Source: a virus
Strand: one strand, 5' to 3'
Virus record (IMG/VR): IMGVR_UViG_3300032820_000001
Span: 1-64,000 of that record
DNA: 64,000 bases
The first letter of the stretch is position 1; every line of letters begins with the position of its first letter. The translations under genes were made by a program, and so were the position numbers. The notes beneath the pieces are model-generated. The model was not told where the DNA came from. It saw only the letters and a program-made list of their open reading frames with translations, and made no database searches. Below are positions 7,723 through 16,100 of this stretch, one piece after another.

Positions 7723-8070
7723 TTAGTTAAGTTTATAAACTGCAGAGATTGCGCCGTTAAGCTGTTCTACATAATAATCATCGGGCAGCATGTCAGACAC
7801 TTCAAACCATGCATCGATCAAGGTGCCGTTGTTTGCGCCGGGGATGCCATGCTCATGGTTAATGATGGTTGCCGAAGTTGGCGACCATTCACCTGCATCT
7901 TCTTCTGGAGTGTAAATCGATTCACACAGTATTTGTTCGCCACTGCTACCATAAACATGGTTGCGGCTCGGCTCGTTAAAATCAAGGAAACCCAAAGAGT
8001 CACCAAAGATGCGTTTCACGGCGGCTTGGGTTTGTTCTTTAATTTCTTCGTTAGTATATTGTTTGGTCAT
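7723..8070 (-). CDS. Hypothetical protein
   Basis: 115 aa ORF with GAGG RBS. Confidence 0.6.
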   Translation of the reverse strand: MTKQYTNEEIKEQTQAAVKRIFGDSLGFLDFNEPSRNHVYGSSGEQILCESIYTPEEDAGEWSPTSATIINHEHGIPGANNGTLIDAWFEVSDMLPDDYYVEQLNGAISAVYKLN

Positions 8071-8080
8071 TATCGTACCT

Positions 8081-8416
8081 CTATCTGTATTTGTATGCGG
8101 TTGGCATGGAAAGATTATCGGGGGATGTTAAAATTATTTTTCGATTCCCGCTGCCGTCAATGTCATAAATCACTCGAACGTTTTCAGTTGCAATTTGCAA
8201 ATAACTGGCAACATGCGTAACTTGGCAATAGCCCCGCTTTGCATTGAGTTTAAGCCTCTTTTCATCGCCGGGTGAAAGCTGCAATGGTTTGCGTCCTCTT
8301 GTCTTGGGAGGTGGCTTACCTGCCACTTCATGAACGACTTTTTCAAAATCTTCTTCTGACATTGCGCGGCGGGACAATTTAAGCAATGTGGCCAACCTCT
8401 TCTGTTCTTTGGTCAT
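8081..8416 (-). CDS. Hypothetical basic protein (possible DNA binding)
   Basis: 111 aa; AT-hook-like KTRGRKP segment. Confidence 0.55.
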   Translation of the reverse strand: MTKEQKRLATLLKLSRRAMSEEDFEKVVHEVAGKPPPKTRGRKPLQLSPGDEKRLKLNAKRGYCQVTHVASYLQIATENVRVIYDIDGSGNRKIILTSPDNLSMPTAYKYR

Positions 8417-8754
8417 TATCGCACTTCTTCTTTCACTTCAAGGGTGTTGTATTCATAATCGCCTTCGCGGGTATAAAAATAATAATCACCTTCAACCTTG
8501 CCATGGCAAAGAATGCGGTTGGGCTGTGTTGGTGAGTGTGTATAGGGTTTAGGAATATCGGTTTCTTTAACCATCTTGGCTAGATCACCAATTGAATGCC
8601 CTGCCTCAGTATAAGAGTCTTCGAGGTAGGTCATGGCCAATTCCATAATTTGATCTTTGGTGAGAACTTCTTCAACCATGAATTGAGCTACGGCTTGGCG
8701 CACCTTGTCGTGGTTAATGGAGGTGTTTGGAATGTTTAAATAGGTTGTGGTCAT
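8416..8754 (-). CDS. Hypothetical protein
   Basis: 112 aa; first gene behind the 8809-8836 promoter; AAGGA RBS. Confidence 0.6.
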   Translation of the reverse strand: MTTTYLNIPNTSINHDKVRQAVAQFMVEEVLTKDQIMELAMTYLEDSYTEAGHSIGDLAKMVKETDIPKPYTHSPTQPNRILCHGKVEGDYYFYTREGDYEYNTLEVKEEVR

Positions 8755-8808
8755 GGCGTTCCTTTGAGTTAAAGAGGATTTTTTTCATTCTCCTCACTTT
8801 GCCTTACC

Positions 8809-8836
8809 ACTATACCACACTGGCAGATCATTACAA
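8809..8836 (-). promoter_or_regulatory. Sigma70-type promoter with extended -10
   Basis: Minus strand TTGTAA-16-TATAGT, with TGTGG immediately before -10. Confidence 0.55.
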
Positions 8837-9194
8837 GGGTTTTTATTCCTTTAAAACCGCGCACTTACGCAGAAAGCGACAATTGAATTAATCCGGTGGG
8901 TTGCGTAGGATTGCTGGACTTGCATAGATCCGCTTGGGAAGTGATCCCTATCGGGGTGTCGCGTTTCGGGGGCGAAAAGGGTAACAAAGTCGGGGGGTTA
9001 GCAGGGCGTATCGTAGTGGCGCAGCCTGTAAGGTGGGGTAAATAAAGCGGTTTTTCCTTGACACGTCTACTTAGCTAATGTACTAAGGCCAACCCCATTA
9101 ATGCACCTTTTACCACCTAACACCACTTAGATCCACTCAGCCCCTCACGTTATCCTTTAAATAAATTGCAAATAACCCTAGCCCATTAGCTGCA

Positions 9195-9470
9195 TTAGCT
9201 GATTAGCTCCATATAGTCATGGCTAACCCACTCCAACTTTCTCTTTTCTCCCAATACCATCACATGATAGGGAGCATAATTTACGTCATTCCAGTAGCGT
9301 GTGCCTGAGTCATCATCATAAACAGTATCCGCTAACTCATACGCTTCATGCCATGGTATCGTGCGACCTACTACTATCCCATACTCTTGTGTGTGTGAAT
9401 AATCTTTAGCATACTTGTCCTGAATCCTTACTAAGTCTCCTACCTCATATACTACTCTTTCTTCTTTCAT
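9195..9470 (-). CDS. Small GDLV-family protein
   Basis: YEVGDLVRIQ...YGIVVG...YHVMVLG. Confidence 0.68.
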   Translation of the reverse strand: MKEERVVYEVGDLVRIQDKYAKDYSHTQEYGIVVGRTIPWHEAYELADTVYDDDSGTRYWNDVNYAPYHVMVLGEKRKLEWVSHDYMELIS

Positions 9471-9474
9471 CGTT

Positions 9475-9717
9475 TTAGAATATCTTTTTTATTACCCGCA
9501 AAATCATTCCGCAAAGGCCAGTGGGTTCATCTTTCTCGTAATCCAAGTGGGATAGCAATTGCATATCTTCATCATAAAACTTCATGTAATATTGTCCGAT
9601 TAGTTGTTCGCGGTGATCCATGTATCTCTCATAGGAGATTTCTCCCCTTCTAAACCAGAACTCATAGTATGCAATTTCTGCATTGAGTTCTTCCATCTTA
9701 CTTTTGGTTAGGGGCAT
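9475..9717 (-). CDS. Hypothetical protein
   Basis: 80 aa ORF in tiled operon. Confidence 0.55.
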   Translation of the reverse strand: MPLTKSKMEELNAEIAYYEFWFRRGEISYERYMDHREQLIGQYYMKFYDEDMQLLSHLDYEKDEPTGLCGMILRVIKKIF

Positions 9718-9931
9718 CTTGCTGCTCTAGCAATTCTGCATGGAGTTCGCGGCACTTGTCCTTCCATGCTAACATCTGCACATAGACTTGAACCCACTGC
9801 CTGTTCTCAAAAGCATTGCGGTCACTCCCTGGCTCAAGGCCCATAGCAACTCGCTTCTTTCTGGGCACACCACCGTATCGAGCAAGGTAGTCCTTCTCTA
9901 CTTCATTGGCTATGTCATTCCAAGTCTTCAT
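9698..9931 (-). CDS. Hypothetical protein
   Basis: 77 aa ORF in tiled operon. Confidence 0.55.
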   Translation of the reverse strand: MKTWNDIANEVEKDYLARYGGVPRKKRVAMGLEPGSDRNAFENRQWVQVYVQMLAWKDKCRELHAELLEQQDAPNQK

Positions 9932-9933
9932 TT

Positions 9934-10116
9934 TTATTCCGATGGCCTCTTACCACGTCTGCCTGTAGGTCGTGAAGTATTATCTGGCTCATAAGGCACA
10001 GTCTCATGCACCACATATTTCTCTGGATTCTCTTTGTTGTCTCTTACAAAGTCCTCAATCATTCGTTTCCTGATTTGACTATCGTGCGGGATGTTATCTT
10101 TTTTGGTTGATGACAT
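9934..10116 (-). CDS. Hypothetical protein
   Basis: Start set at MSSTKK (10116), behind GGAG. Confidence 0.5.
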   Translation of the reverse strand: MSSTKKDNIPHDSQIRKRMIEDFVRDNKENPEKYVVHETVPYEPDNTSRPTGRRGKRPSE

Positions 10117-10127
10117 AATTTTCTCCT

Positions 10128-10385
10128 TTAATCTTTCGGTTGTTCTGCTGCGCGGCACATGACAAAATCACTTGCAAGGTATCTCTCCACAAAGCCGCCA
10201 GTTCTTCCATTGCGTGACCACAAGCTCTCTTGCACCACCGCAATTTCATAAAATACAAATTGACCTTCTTGGCCTGTGCCAAGATAGACACCAACAACAG
10301 AAGGGCTATCGATGTGGGCCTCATATAAGCTGTAAAGCTTTACCAAATCACCCTTCTTTATCTCTCGTTCGTTTTCTTCGGTCAC
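10128..10385 (-). CDS. Small GDLV-family protein
   Basis: IKKGDLVKLY...VGVYLG. Confidence 0.65.
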   Translation of the reverse strand: MTEENEREIKKGDLVKLYSLYEAHIDSPSVVGVYLGTGQEGQFVFYEIAVVQESLWSRNGRTGGFVERYLASDFVMCRAAEQPKD

Positions 10386-10388
10386 TCA

Positions 10389-10757
10389 TTAAGTTTCCTT
10401 TTCTTTTTCATCCCTGCATTTACTAACTAGGCGTTCTTGGATCCAAATTACTTTTGTCTTTTCGTTGTTACGCTTAATAAAATGTTTGCGGCCTTGGCCA
10501 TATATCTTTGCTTGGACGTATATTTCCATCTCTATCTCTCCCTCATATTGCTTCTTTAATTCGACCACATCCAAAACGCGGGCCTTAAATCCATCGCCTG
10601 TCCAATGGTGGGCAATATGGTTGGGGGCTTCCTCATCTTCTCGCAACAAGTTATCTATCCCTCCTGACACAAACGTGTAGCAGTAGTGCATGGGCTGCAC
10701 CTTTACAATATCACCTTTCTTTATCTCTGTAAAAGAATTCATAATCCATTCTGTCAT
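10389..10757 (-). CDS. GDLV-family protein (larger variant)
   Basis: IKKGDIVKVQ...KARVLDV...YVQAKI. Confidence 0.55.
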   Translation of the reverse strand: MTEWIMNSFTEIKKGDIVKVQPMHYCYTFVSGGIDNLLREDEEAPNHIAHHWTGDGFKARVLDVVELKKQYEGEIEMEIYVQAKIYGQGRKHFIKRNNEKTKVIWIQERLVSKCRDEKEKET

Positions 10758-10980
10758 GATCGCTAAGGCACTCCATACTGCTTAGTGACCAATCCTTTTC
10801 CTCTGGTACAGCGCATGTTGTGGCCAAGCAATACAAATCTTCATATCCTTTGTCTGCCCCAATTAAAATCCATGTGCAACACACTTGTTCGCCATCAATC
10901 CAACATTCTTGCGGATCTTCTTGCCTCATTGTGGTGAATAAGAGCGACATTAGGTAAACAAATATGAATATAGCCTTCAT
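10711..10980 (-). CDS. Cys-rich exported small protein
   Basis: Hydrophobic N-terminus; CW...VCCTW...C...C...WSL...C; similar pattern to 23613..23873. Confidence 0.55.
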   Translation of the reverse strand: MKAIFIFVYLMSLLFTTMRQEDPQECWIDGEQVCCTWILIGADKGYEDLYCLATTCAVPEEKDWSLSSMECLSDHDRMDYEFFYRDKER

Positions 10981-11012
10981 TGGTAAAAAAAAATTCCGTC
11001 GAAGTCGGGCCT

Positions 11013-11282
11013 CTAAGCCCCTGAATCCTCTATCCTCCCCGCGATGTCGTACTCCATTACCGTGATTCGGCGTTCGCTTACTTGATGGGAAAAGGGGTCG
11101 TACTTGTGGAGTGGTCGCTTCATGGGGTCATAGTGAACACGCACACGATAGCGTGGCACAAAGTGGTCTATCGGCGGAAACACTTCCAATATTGTTCCGT
11201 AAACTCGGTCATCATCGTTTTCGGGTGCGACACCGAAACGGGCCAACTCTACCAGATCGCCCTGCTCATACATCAACTTCAT
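11013..11282 (-). CDS. Small GDLV-family protein
   Basis: YEQGDLVEL...YGTILE...YRVRV. Confidence 0.62.
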   Translation of the reverse strand: MKLMYEQGDLVELARFGVAPENDDDRVYGTILEVFPPIDHFVPRYRVRVHYDPMKRPLHKYDPFSHQVSERRITVMEYDIAGRIEDSGA

Positions 11283-11512
11283 TTAGATTCTTCTTTCTTT
11301 TCTTTTGATGCCCCAAGCAATTTATATTCAATCTTCTTCATGATGCGGCTACACGCATCCATCACACTTTTGGCACTGGACTTTCTCTTATCTTCTTCCG
11401 TCAACTTAACGTAAGTCACCTTCACATCGTGCAGCAATTCATATACTAAGGTCATATCCTCTACCGAGAGCCATAAACTTAAATTGTTGCTTTTATTTTT
11501 CTTGTCTGCCAT
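11279..11512 (-). CDS. Hypothetical protein
   Basis: 77 aa ORF. Confidence 0.55.
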   Translation of the reverse strand: MADKKNKSNNLSLWLSVEDMTLVYELLHDVKVTYVKLTEEDKRKSSAKSVMDACSRIMKKIEYKLLGASKEKKEESK

Positions 11513-11520
11513 GAATTTCC

Positions 11521-11853
11521 CTAGTTAATATAAGTATAGTGTTCTGACATTCTCTTTGCTCTTTCCTCAAATGCAAAGAGAGTAAAATAAGCCATTTCTT
11601 GGTTAGCATCTAACTTGCTTCCCATCATCTCACGGTTGAAAGCATGGGCGGCATTGATATAATCGCCAATTGTAATTGTACTAAAGTCTCTAAAAACGGA
11701 TGCGGTAAGTTTTTCTTCTTGTTCTCTCATCAAGTCTTCCTCTGCTTTCTCTTTGCCTTCTTCGGGGGAGCGAACAGCATACTCTTCGCTCTTTATGTCA
11801 AACATTTCCAGAATATCTGCGATATTCGGTATGGGTTTTTTACTTTTTGTCAT
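11521..11853 (-). CDS. Hypothetical protein
   Basis: 110 aa ORF. Confidence 0.55.
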   Translation of the reverse strand: MTKSKKPIPNIADILEMFDIKSEEYAVRSPEEGKEKAEEDLMREQEEKLTASVFRDFSTITIGDYINAAHAFNREMMGSKLDANQEMAYFTLFAFEERAKRMSEHYTYIN

Positions 11854-11976
11854 CTTCTTTCTCTCCTCTCAGAGTGGAACGTTAGTCAAAATAAATACAA
11901 GGAGCTCAAATCCTGCAATGAGCAGGATAATATACATAAAAACTCCAGCGTAGCCTTCCACATATATAAGTATCTC

Positions 11977-12288
11977 TTAGGATACAATTCGGCACTGATA
12001 TTCTACATACGACTTGCCATACCAGTCAGCCCCCAAGTGAGTGGATAATTTGTAGGGGGTTTTCTTACGCCTGTCGCCCACCTCAAGAACAAGGCCGTAG
12101 CCATCCATCGGCCACTCATGGTCAATCACCAAGTCACCCACTTTGGGGATGGTACGGTGGGATGCAAGCTCGGCCTGCAATTTCTCAAGCTGTTGAAGAT
12201 CACCTGTCGTGACCCCAACGCGGGTGTGAAACTGAGCCATCCTAATCGTGCGCGTCAAGTCATAGTATTCATTGTGCGTCAGTGCCAT
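11977..12288 (-). CDS. Helical N-terminus fused to a GDLV domain
   Basis: Start set at MALTH (12288, GGAG RBS); IPKVGDLVID...YGLVLEV. Confidence 0.6.
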   Translation of the reverse strand: MALTHNEYYDLTRTIRMAQFHTRVGVTTGDLQQLEKLQAELASHRTIPKVGDLVIDHEWPMDGYGLVLEVGDRRKKTPYKLSTHLGADWYGKSYVEYQCRIVS

Positions 12289-12571
12289 TGCGCTCCTCCG
12301 CTTCTGCTTGCATATCTTCGATGGTTCTTCGCAGGGTATCAAGCTCACCTTGGGCGAGTGCGGCATACCTTCGAGCCACCTCATTCGCTGATTCCTTGCC
12401 ATAGTAGTTGCCTACGAATGAGAGTAAGAAAGAAACGTCAACATCATAATCGACAATCTGCTCCATGAATTGGCTGTTCTGGCCGTTAGTAAAACTCTCA
12501 TAAATTGTATCACATCGGGTGTGATGCTTCTGTGCTGCTTCAAGAGGGGTACTCATTTTATTCTTCTCCAT
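12269..12571 (-). CDS. Hypothetical protein
   Basis: 100 aa ORF. Confidence 0.55.
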   Translation of the reverse strand: MEKNKMSTPLEAAQKHHTRCDTIYESFTNGQNSQFMEQIVDYDVDVSFLLSFVGNYYGKESANEVARRYAALAQGELDTLRRTIEDMQAEAEERNGTDAQ

Positions 12572-12767
12572 AGATTTCGTCTTCGGTTTGAAATTCTTTC
12601 ATTTCTACTTCCATGTCTTCCAAAAAAGCGGGTTGGTGTGAGGCAAGTATATGGATGTTCTCTCGCACCTCTGCTTCGGCTTCTTCTTGGCTGTTCGCCC
12701 AGACTTCTTCATAGCTGCTGGTGCGTTCCACCAGTGACCATTCAACTGTGTATTTTCCGTATGTCAT
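12558..12767 (-). CDS. Small acidic hypothetical protein
   Basis: YTVEWS...EEVWANSQEEAEAEV pattern, common in phage early proteins. Confidence 0.55.
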   Translation of the reverse strand: MTYGKYTVEWSLVERTSSYEEVWANSQEEAEAEVRENIHILASHQPAFLEDMEVEMKEFQTEDEIYGEE

Positions 12768-13114
12768 TAGTAAATTTCTCCTTCGTATTCCAAGGTGTCG
12801 CTCAAAGAGTCGGACGCTTCATCGGGCACAAAGATTGTTGTGCGCGTTGTCTCCTTCTCCAAATCGATTGGGGCCACATCACAATCAGAGATGCAATAGC
12901 CAGTAAGGTCAGTCGCCTTATCTATGGCAGCACTAATCAATTCTTCCTGAGTTCCATCATGGAGAACAGGCACCACTAGCTTGCGTGGCAAACTATGGGG
13001 GATATAGCTATATCCATCCGTATCAATATCTACATCCCAAGCGATTGACTTCAATACAATCTCGATCATCTTAGGCTTTGGCATATCATAGGGGTTAATT
13101 TTAGTCACGGTCAT
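12767..13114 (-). CDS. Hypothetical protein
   Basis: Start set at MTVTK; I.WD.D...LP...AID..TD.TGYC pattern. Confidence 0.55.
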   Translation of the reverse strand: MTVTKINPYDMPKPKMIEIVLKSIAWDVDIDTDGYSYIPHSLPRKLVVPVLHDGTQEELISAAIDKATDLTGYCISDCDVAPIDLEKETTRTTIFVPDEASDSLSDTLEYEGEIY

Positions 13115-13194
13115 ACTCCTTGGTCTGGCACAAACAAATATAAAAAATACCAAATAAAACTAATAATTCAAACACTTTTATCTCCTTCAAAATC

Positions 13195-13223
13195 ATTTTA
13201 ACACACATCTTGACTTTTGTCAA
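13195..13223 (-). promoter_or_regulatory. Sigma70-type promoter
   Basis: TTGACA-17-TAAAAT; the -35 lies in a CTTGAC-TTTT-GTCAAG inverted repeat. Confidence 0.65.
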
Positions 13224-13443
13224 GCACTTCTTCTACTTCCCACTCATAGACAACACTAGATTCGTTTAAACTGTTTTGCCACATCACCTCAACGCCCATG
13301 GCACCATCACCATACACACTCACATCTTTCCGCAATACAATACCAATCCAAGTCTCTTCTCCACACTCATAGAAATTTGATCCATTCACCACAGACTCCT
13401 CAAACAATTCGGCCTTAAACCTTACCAAGTCTCCTACTTTCAT
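13198..13443 (-). CDS. Small GDLV-family protein (array 2)
   Basis: MKVGDLVRF...IGIVL...VEVMWQN. Confidence 0.75.
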   Translation of the reverse strand: MKVGDLVRFKAELFEESVVNGSNFYECGEETWIGIVLRKDVSVYGDGAMGVEVMWQNSLNESSVVYEWEVEEVLDKSQDVC

Positions 13444-13676
13444 GACACCACCTGATACTGGTCGTTACTCGGCGCGAGAATATAATGAAGATAGCCTTTT
13501 TTAAGACACCTCGCAACTGCATCAACGCGCTGTCGGTCATCCTTAAAGTTTTGTGGGAATGGAAGGTGATCGTCGGTTGGGTGAACCTGTGTTACAAGGA
13601 ACACTTCTCCAAAGCCCCATTCGCCTAGCTTAGTTCTCTTAACCAAGTCTCCTACTTTAAAATTCATCTTAATCAC
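13440..13676 (-). CDS. Small GDLV-family protein (array 2)
   Basis: FKVGDLVKR...VFLVTQV...YQVVS. Confidence 0.72.
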   Translation of the reverse strand: MIKMNFKVGDLVKRTKLGEWGFGEVFLVTQVHPTDDHLPFPQNFKDDRQRVDAVARCLKKGYLHYILAPSNDQYQVVS

Positions 13677-13866
13677 TTATCCTTTCCAGTGCTGTTCTCG
13701 AATGAAAGGTTTTGCACTGGGGAGGGTTATAGGGGAGCCACACCACCTGAACAAAGGACGCTGCTTCGGGATCGTCGGCCACAACTATACCAATCTCTTC
13801 TCGGTAGTTGGGCAACGGGCTCTCTCGCCAATGGTAATGCTTTACCAGATCTCCGATCTTAACCAT
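13669..13866 (-). CDS. Small GDLV-family protein (array 2)
   Basis: VKIGDLVKH...IGIVV...VQVVW...LERIS. Confidence 0.75.
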   Translation of the reverse strand: MVKIGDLVKHYHWRESPLPNYREEIGIVVADDPEAASFVQVVWLPYNPPQCKTFHSRTALERISD

Positions 13867-14062
13867 TTACTTTCTCCAAGCGGCGCAGTGGATGCCACAG
13901 GGGGGGACTTAATGGCGCATCGCTCCACTTAACACACACCCCCATAACCCCAACTCCATATCCATCTTTGCTTTCTATTATCTTTATCACCACACCCAAC
14001 GCCTGTTCATGAGCGCGAACATAGGTCTGGGTGTCCCTTACTAAGTCTCCAACTTTAATCAT
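13859..14062 (-). CDS. Small GDLV-family protein (array 2)
   Basis: IKVGDLVRD...LGVVI...VCVKWSD...LEKVN. Confidence 0.75.
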   Translation of the reverse strand: MIKVGDLVRDTQTYVRAHEQALGVVIKIIESKDGYGVGVMGVCVKWSDAPLSPPLWHPLRRLEKVNG

Positions 14063-14063
14063 A

Positions 14064-14441
14064 TTATTTCGTCCGAATGGAAGGAAAGCTGTCTAGCAAA
14101 TCGGTTATATCTGGGAGGTTTCCACACTCAAGGGGGCTCCGCTCTTTTTCTATCTCTGAGGTGAGGTGCTTCCGGTGGGAAGCCGCCTTCAAGTCGCTGC
14201 GATAGAAGGAGCCGTAACCTGCATTAAACTTACCATAGTGGTATTGGCCTCTTCGCGCTCTGGGGCCGTGATCATTGATCCACTTAACTCTATAAGTGGG
14301 GCCGAGCCCATAAGGACTGCTCTTGTTAATTTCCATTACAAGTCCAATAATATTTCCCTTGCGCCAATCTTCATAGTAGCGCCAAGCAATTTGAAGGTTG
14401 ACCCCCTTCGCAGATAATGTTACTAAATCTCCAACGTTCAT
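14064..14441 (-). CDS. GDLV-family protein with C-terminal extension (array 2)
   Basis: MNVGDLVTL...IGLVME...YRVKWIND. Confidence 0.72.
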   Translation of the reverse strand: MNVGDLVTLSAKGVNLQIAWRYYEDWRKGNIIGLVMEINKSSPYGLGPTYRVKWINDHGPRARRGQYHYGKFNAGYGSFYRSDLKAASHRKHLTSEIEKERSPLECGNLPDITDLLDSFPSIRTK

Positions 14442-14659
14442 TTTACCACCTCCAGGTGCTTCCACATTGTTTTATCCAAGAGCCGGGGCTCTGAAGATCC
14501 GATGGGGAGTATTTTTAAATTGGTGACGGTATAAGTGTTCATGCCATCGCCTTCATCATCAAATAGGATCTCCTCCTCACCCAAATAAAGTGCTACGGTA
14601 TCATTCAAAGGGTAGCCCCCATAAACATAATCAATCTTCACTAAATCTCCTACTTTCAT
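14438..14659 (-). CDS. Small GDLV-family protein (array 2)
   Basis: MKVGDLVKI...VALYLG...LEVVK. Confidence 0.72.
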   Translation of the reverse strand: MKVGDLVKIDYVYGGYPLNDTVALYLGEEEILFDDEGDGMNTYTVTNLKILPIGSSEPRLLDKTMWKHLEVVK

Positions 14660-14823
14660 GCCACCACCTCGTACCACTTTTGGGCTACTCGTTCTTCAAT
14701 CCACAATCTGTTTCCGGTCGTGCAATTCAAAATAAAAATATCTCCCTCATGAATATCCACTACTAGCCATGGATCGCTCCTTCCTCCAAATACTTTCTGA
14801 ATTACTAAATCGCCCAATTTCAT
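14656..14823 (-). CDS. Small GDLV-family protein (array 2)
   Basis: MKLGDLVIQ...WLVVD...TGNRLW...YEVVA; similar to 5552..5707. Confidence 0.7.
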   Translation of the reverse strand: MKLGDLVIQKVFGGRSDPWLVVDIHEGDIFILNCTTGNRLWIEERVAQKWYEVVA

Positions 14824-15008
14824 GACAATTTCTCCAGGGAAGATCGAGCTAACCGATAAGTGTAGCCTCCCAAGAGGACTACAGGATCTCCAGGGCAAGA
14901 GCGACCACCATGGTCAAAGCGAATGAGCAAACCCACCGTTTCTTTATCCAAAGTGGTGGCACCTTTTGTCACTACTAAATCTCCAATCTTAATCACTTTA
15001 TCTTCCAT
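14820..15008 (-). CDS. Small GDLV-family protein (array 2)
   Basis: IKIGDLVVT...VGLLI...LEKLS. Confidence 0.7.
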   Translation of the reverse strand: MEDKVIKIGDLVVTKGATTLDKETVGLLIRFDHGGRSCPGDPVVLLGGYTYRLARSSLEKLS

Positions 15009-15193
15009 TTGTTCGTCGTTTCATCTAGGGTGCCCCGGTCTGCCACATGCTCTGCAAGGCTCACAATGAGCCTGAGAGCATCCAGCTCCTTCTCTGGTAG
15101 CAGCCCATTAGCGGTGTCTATGAGGCCCTTAGCAGTCTCCACAGCGTCCTCTAACTCCCATTGGGAGTAGATCTCCCACTCCAGAAAGGTCAT
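14993..15193 (-). CDS. Hypothetical protein
   Basis: Start set at MTFLEW. Confidence 0.5.
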   Translation of the reverse strand: MTFLEWEIYSQWELEDAVETAKGLIDTANGLLPEKELDALRLIVSLAEHVADRGTLDETTNKWKIK

Positions 15194-15552
15194 TGTGACC
15201 CCCATCGGTTGACGTCTGTGATGTCCCAATCGGACTTCTTGGTGATGCCTCGAACGTGCTTATTACGCACGAAGAAGCGCCGAGGGATGTTTGGCTTGCC
15301 CTTGGTGGGCACAAAATGGCATGCATTTTGAGGCACAAGTATCACGGTGCCCTTGAGGTAGGCAGCAAAACTGTTGCCGTCCACCACCTCCGCGATGATA
15401 TAGGGATCAATCTCTCTGCCCCCCACCTGCCTCAAAGAATTAACTCCTGGCAGGGTGTGGAGTTTGATACACTCGATAGAATTATTATCGGGTCGCATGT
15501 CTTCCATGATCTCTTCAATCATTTCAGGGCTAATGTAATCTTCTGCTCTCAT
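15190..15552 (-). CDS. Hypothetical protein
   Basis: 120 aa ORF. Confidence 0.6.
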   Translation of the reverse strand: MRAEDYISPEMIEEIMEDMRPDNNSIECIKLHTLPGVNSLRQVGGREIDPYIIAEVVDGNSFAAYLKGTVILVPQNACHFVPTKGKPNIPRRFFVRNKHVRGITKKSDWDITDVNRWGSQ

Positions 15553-15555
15553 ATT

Positions 15556-15699
15556 TTACTCTCTTTCATACCCGTCAAACCAGCCATCACCGGAGGTGCT
15601 AGGATCGTTGCAGTGTGCTTGTGCTTGCTCAAGGGTTAAGCCCCAATTAATAACATGGTTATCACCTTTAAATCTAAATCTAATAATCTTATAAGTCAT
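15556..15699 (-). CDS. Small conserved-looking phage protein (GLTLEQAQAHC.DP.T...WFDGY)
   Basis: Motif recalled from other phage early proteins; start MTYKII. Confidence 0.55.
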   Translation of the reverse strand: MTYKIIRFRFKGDNHVINWGLTLEQAQAHCNDPSTSGDGWFDGYERE

Positions 15700-15922
15700 C
15701 TTCTGGTTCTCCTTCTTCTGTGTCATCCCAATCGGTTGTGTAGATGCGCTCTTCACGCTCATCCTCCAGTTCTTGGATCACATCATTGTTAAAGTATTCT
15801 CTAACCGCTTCATAGACGCCAGTAACGTGCGTAACCAAAAAGTCACTCCCCTCCACATGGCAGATCTCTCGCAATTTGGCATCATACATTTCATCGGTTA
15901 TCCAATCATATTCATGCGTCAT
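15689..15922 (-). CDS. Small acidic hypothetical protein
   Basis: Start set at MTHEY. Confidence 0.55.
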   Translation of the reverse strand: MTHEYDWITDEMYDAKLREICHVEGSDFLVTHVTGVYEAVREYFNNDVIQELEDEREERIYTTDWDDTEEGEPEDDL

Positions 15923-16100
15923 TGGGAACGCTCCTCTCAATATAGCCAGCCTCCAGTAGAGCCTGTGCGTGTCGCTGATACGATCCTTGCAGACTATAGA
16001 TTATGCGGGTGTCTAGGAGGGTTTGAAAGAAGTCTATGACTTCCTCATCATCCATATCCCCTTGCTCGTAGGCCATAATTTGATTTACAACATCTTTCAT
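15912..16100 (-). CDS. Small phage protein (IMAYE.G...FQ.L.DT..YSLQGSY)
   Basis: Motif recalled from phage early proteins. Confidence 0.6.
   Translation of the reverse strand: MKDVVNQIMAYEQGDMDDEEVIDFFQTLLDTRIIYSLQGSYQRHAQALLEAGYIERSVPNDA

Noticed and set aside
9058-9086. Plus-strand promoter TTGACA-17-TACTAA
   Set aside because: The -10 lacks the conserved final T and no credible plus-strand gene follows; an antisense RNA cannot be excluded.
10983-11010. Rho-independent terminator (T9 tract on the minus strand)
   Set aside because: The stem has only 3-4 canonical pairs; too weak to call.
4988-14672. CRISPR array or integron attC cassettes at the GDLV junction repeats
   Set aside because: The repeats are degenerate, lie within coding sequence and are separated by whole genes. 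No cas or integrase gene and no attC-type palindromes are seen.
884-15008. Diversity-generating retroelement driving GDLV variation
   Set aside because: No reverse transcriptase in the window and no near-identical TR/VR pair differing only at adenines.
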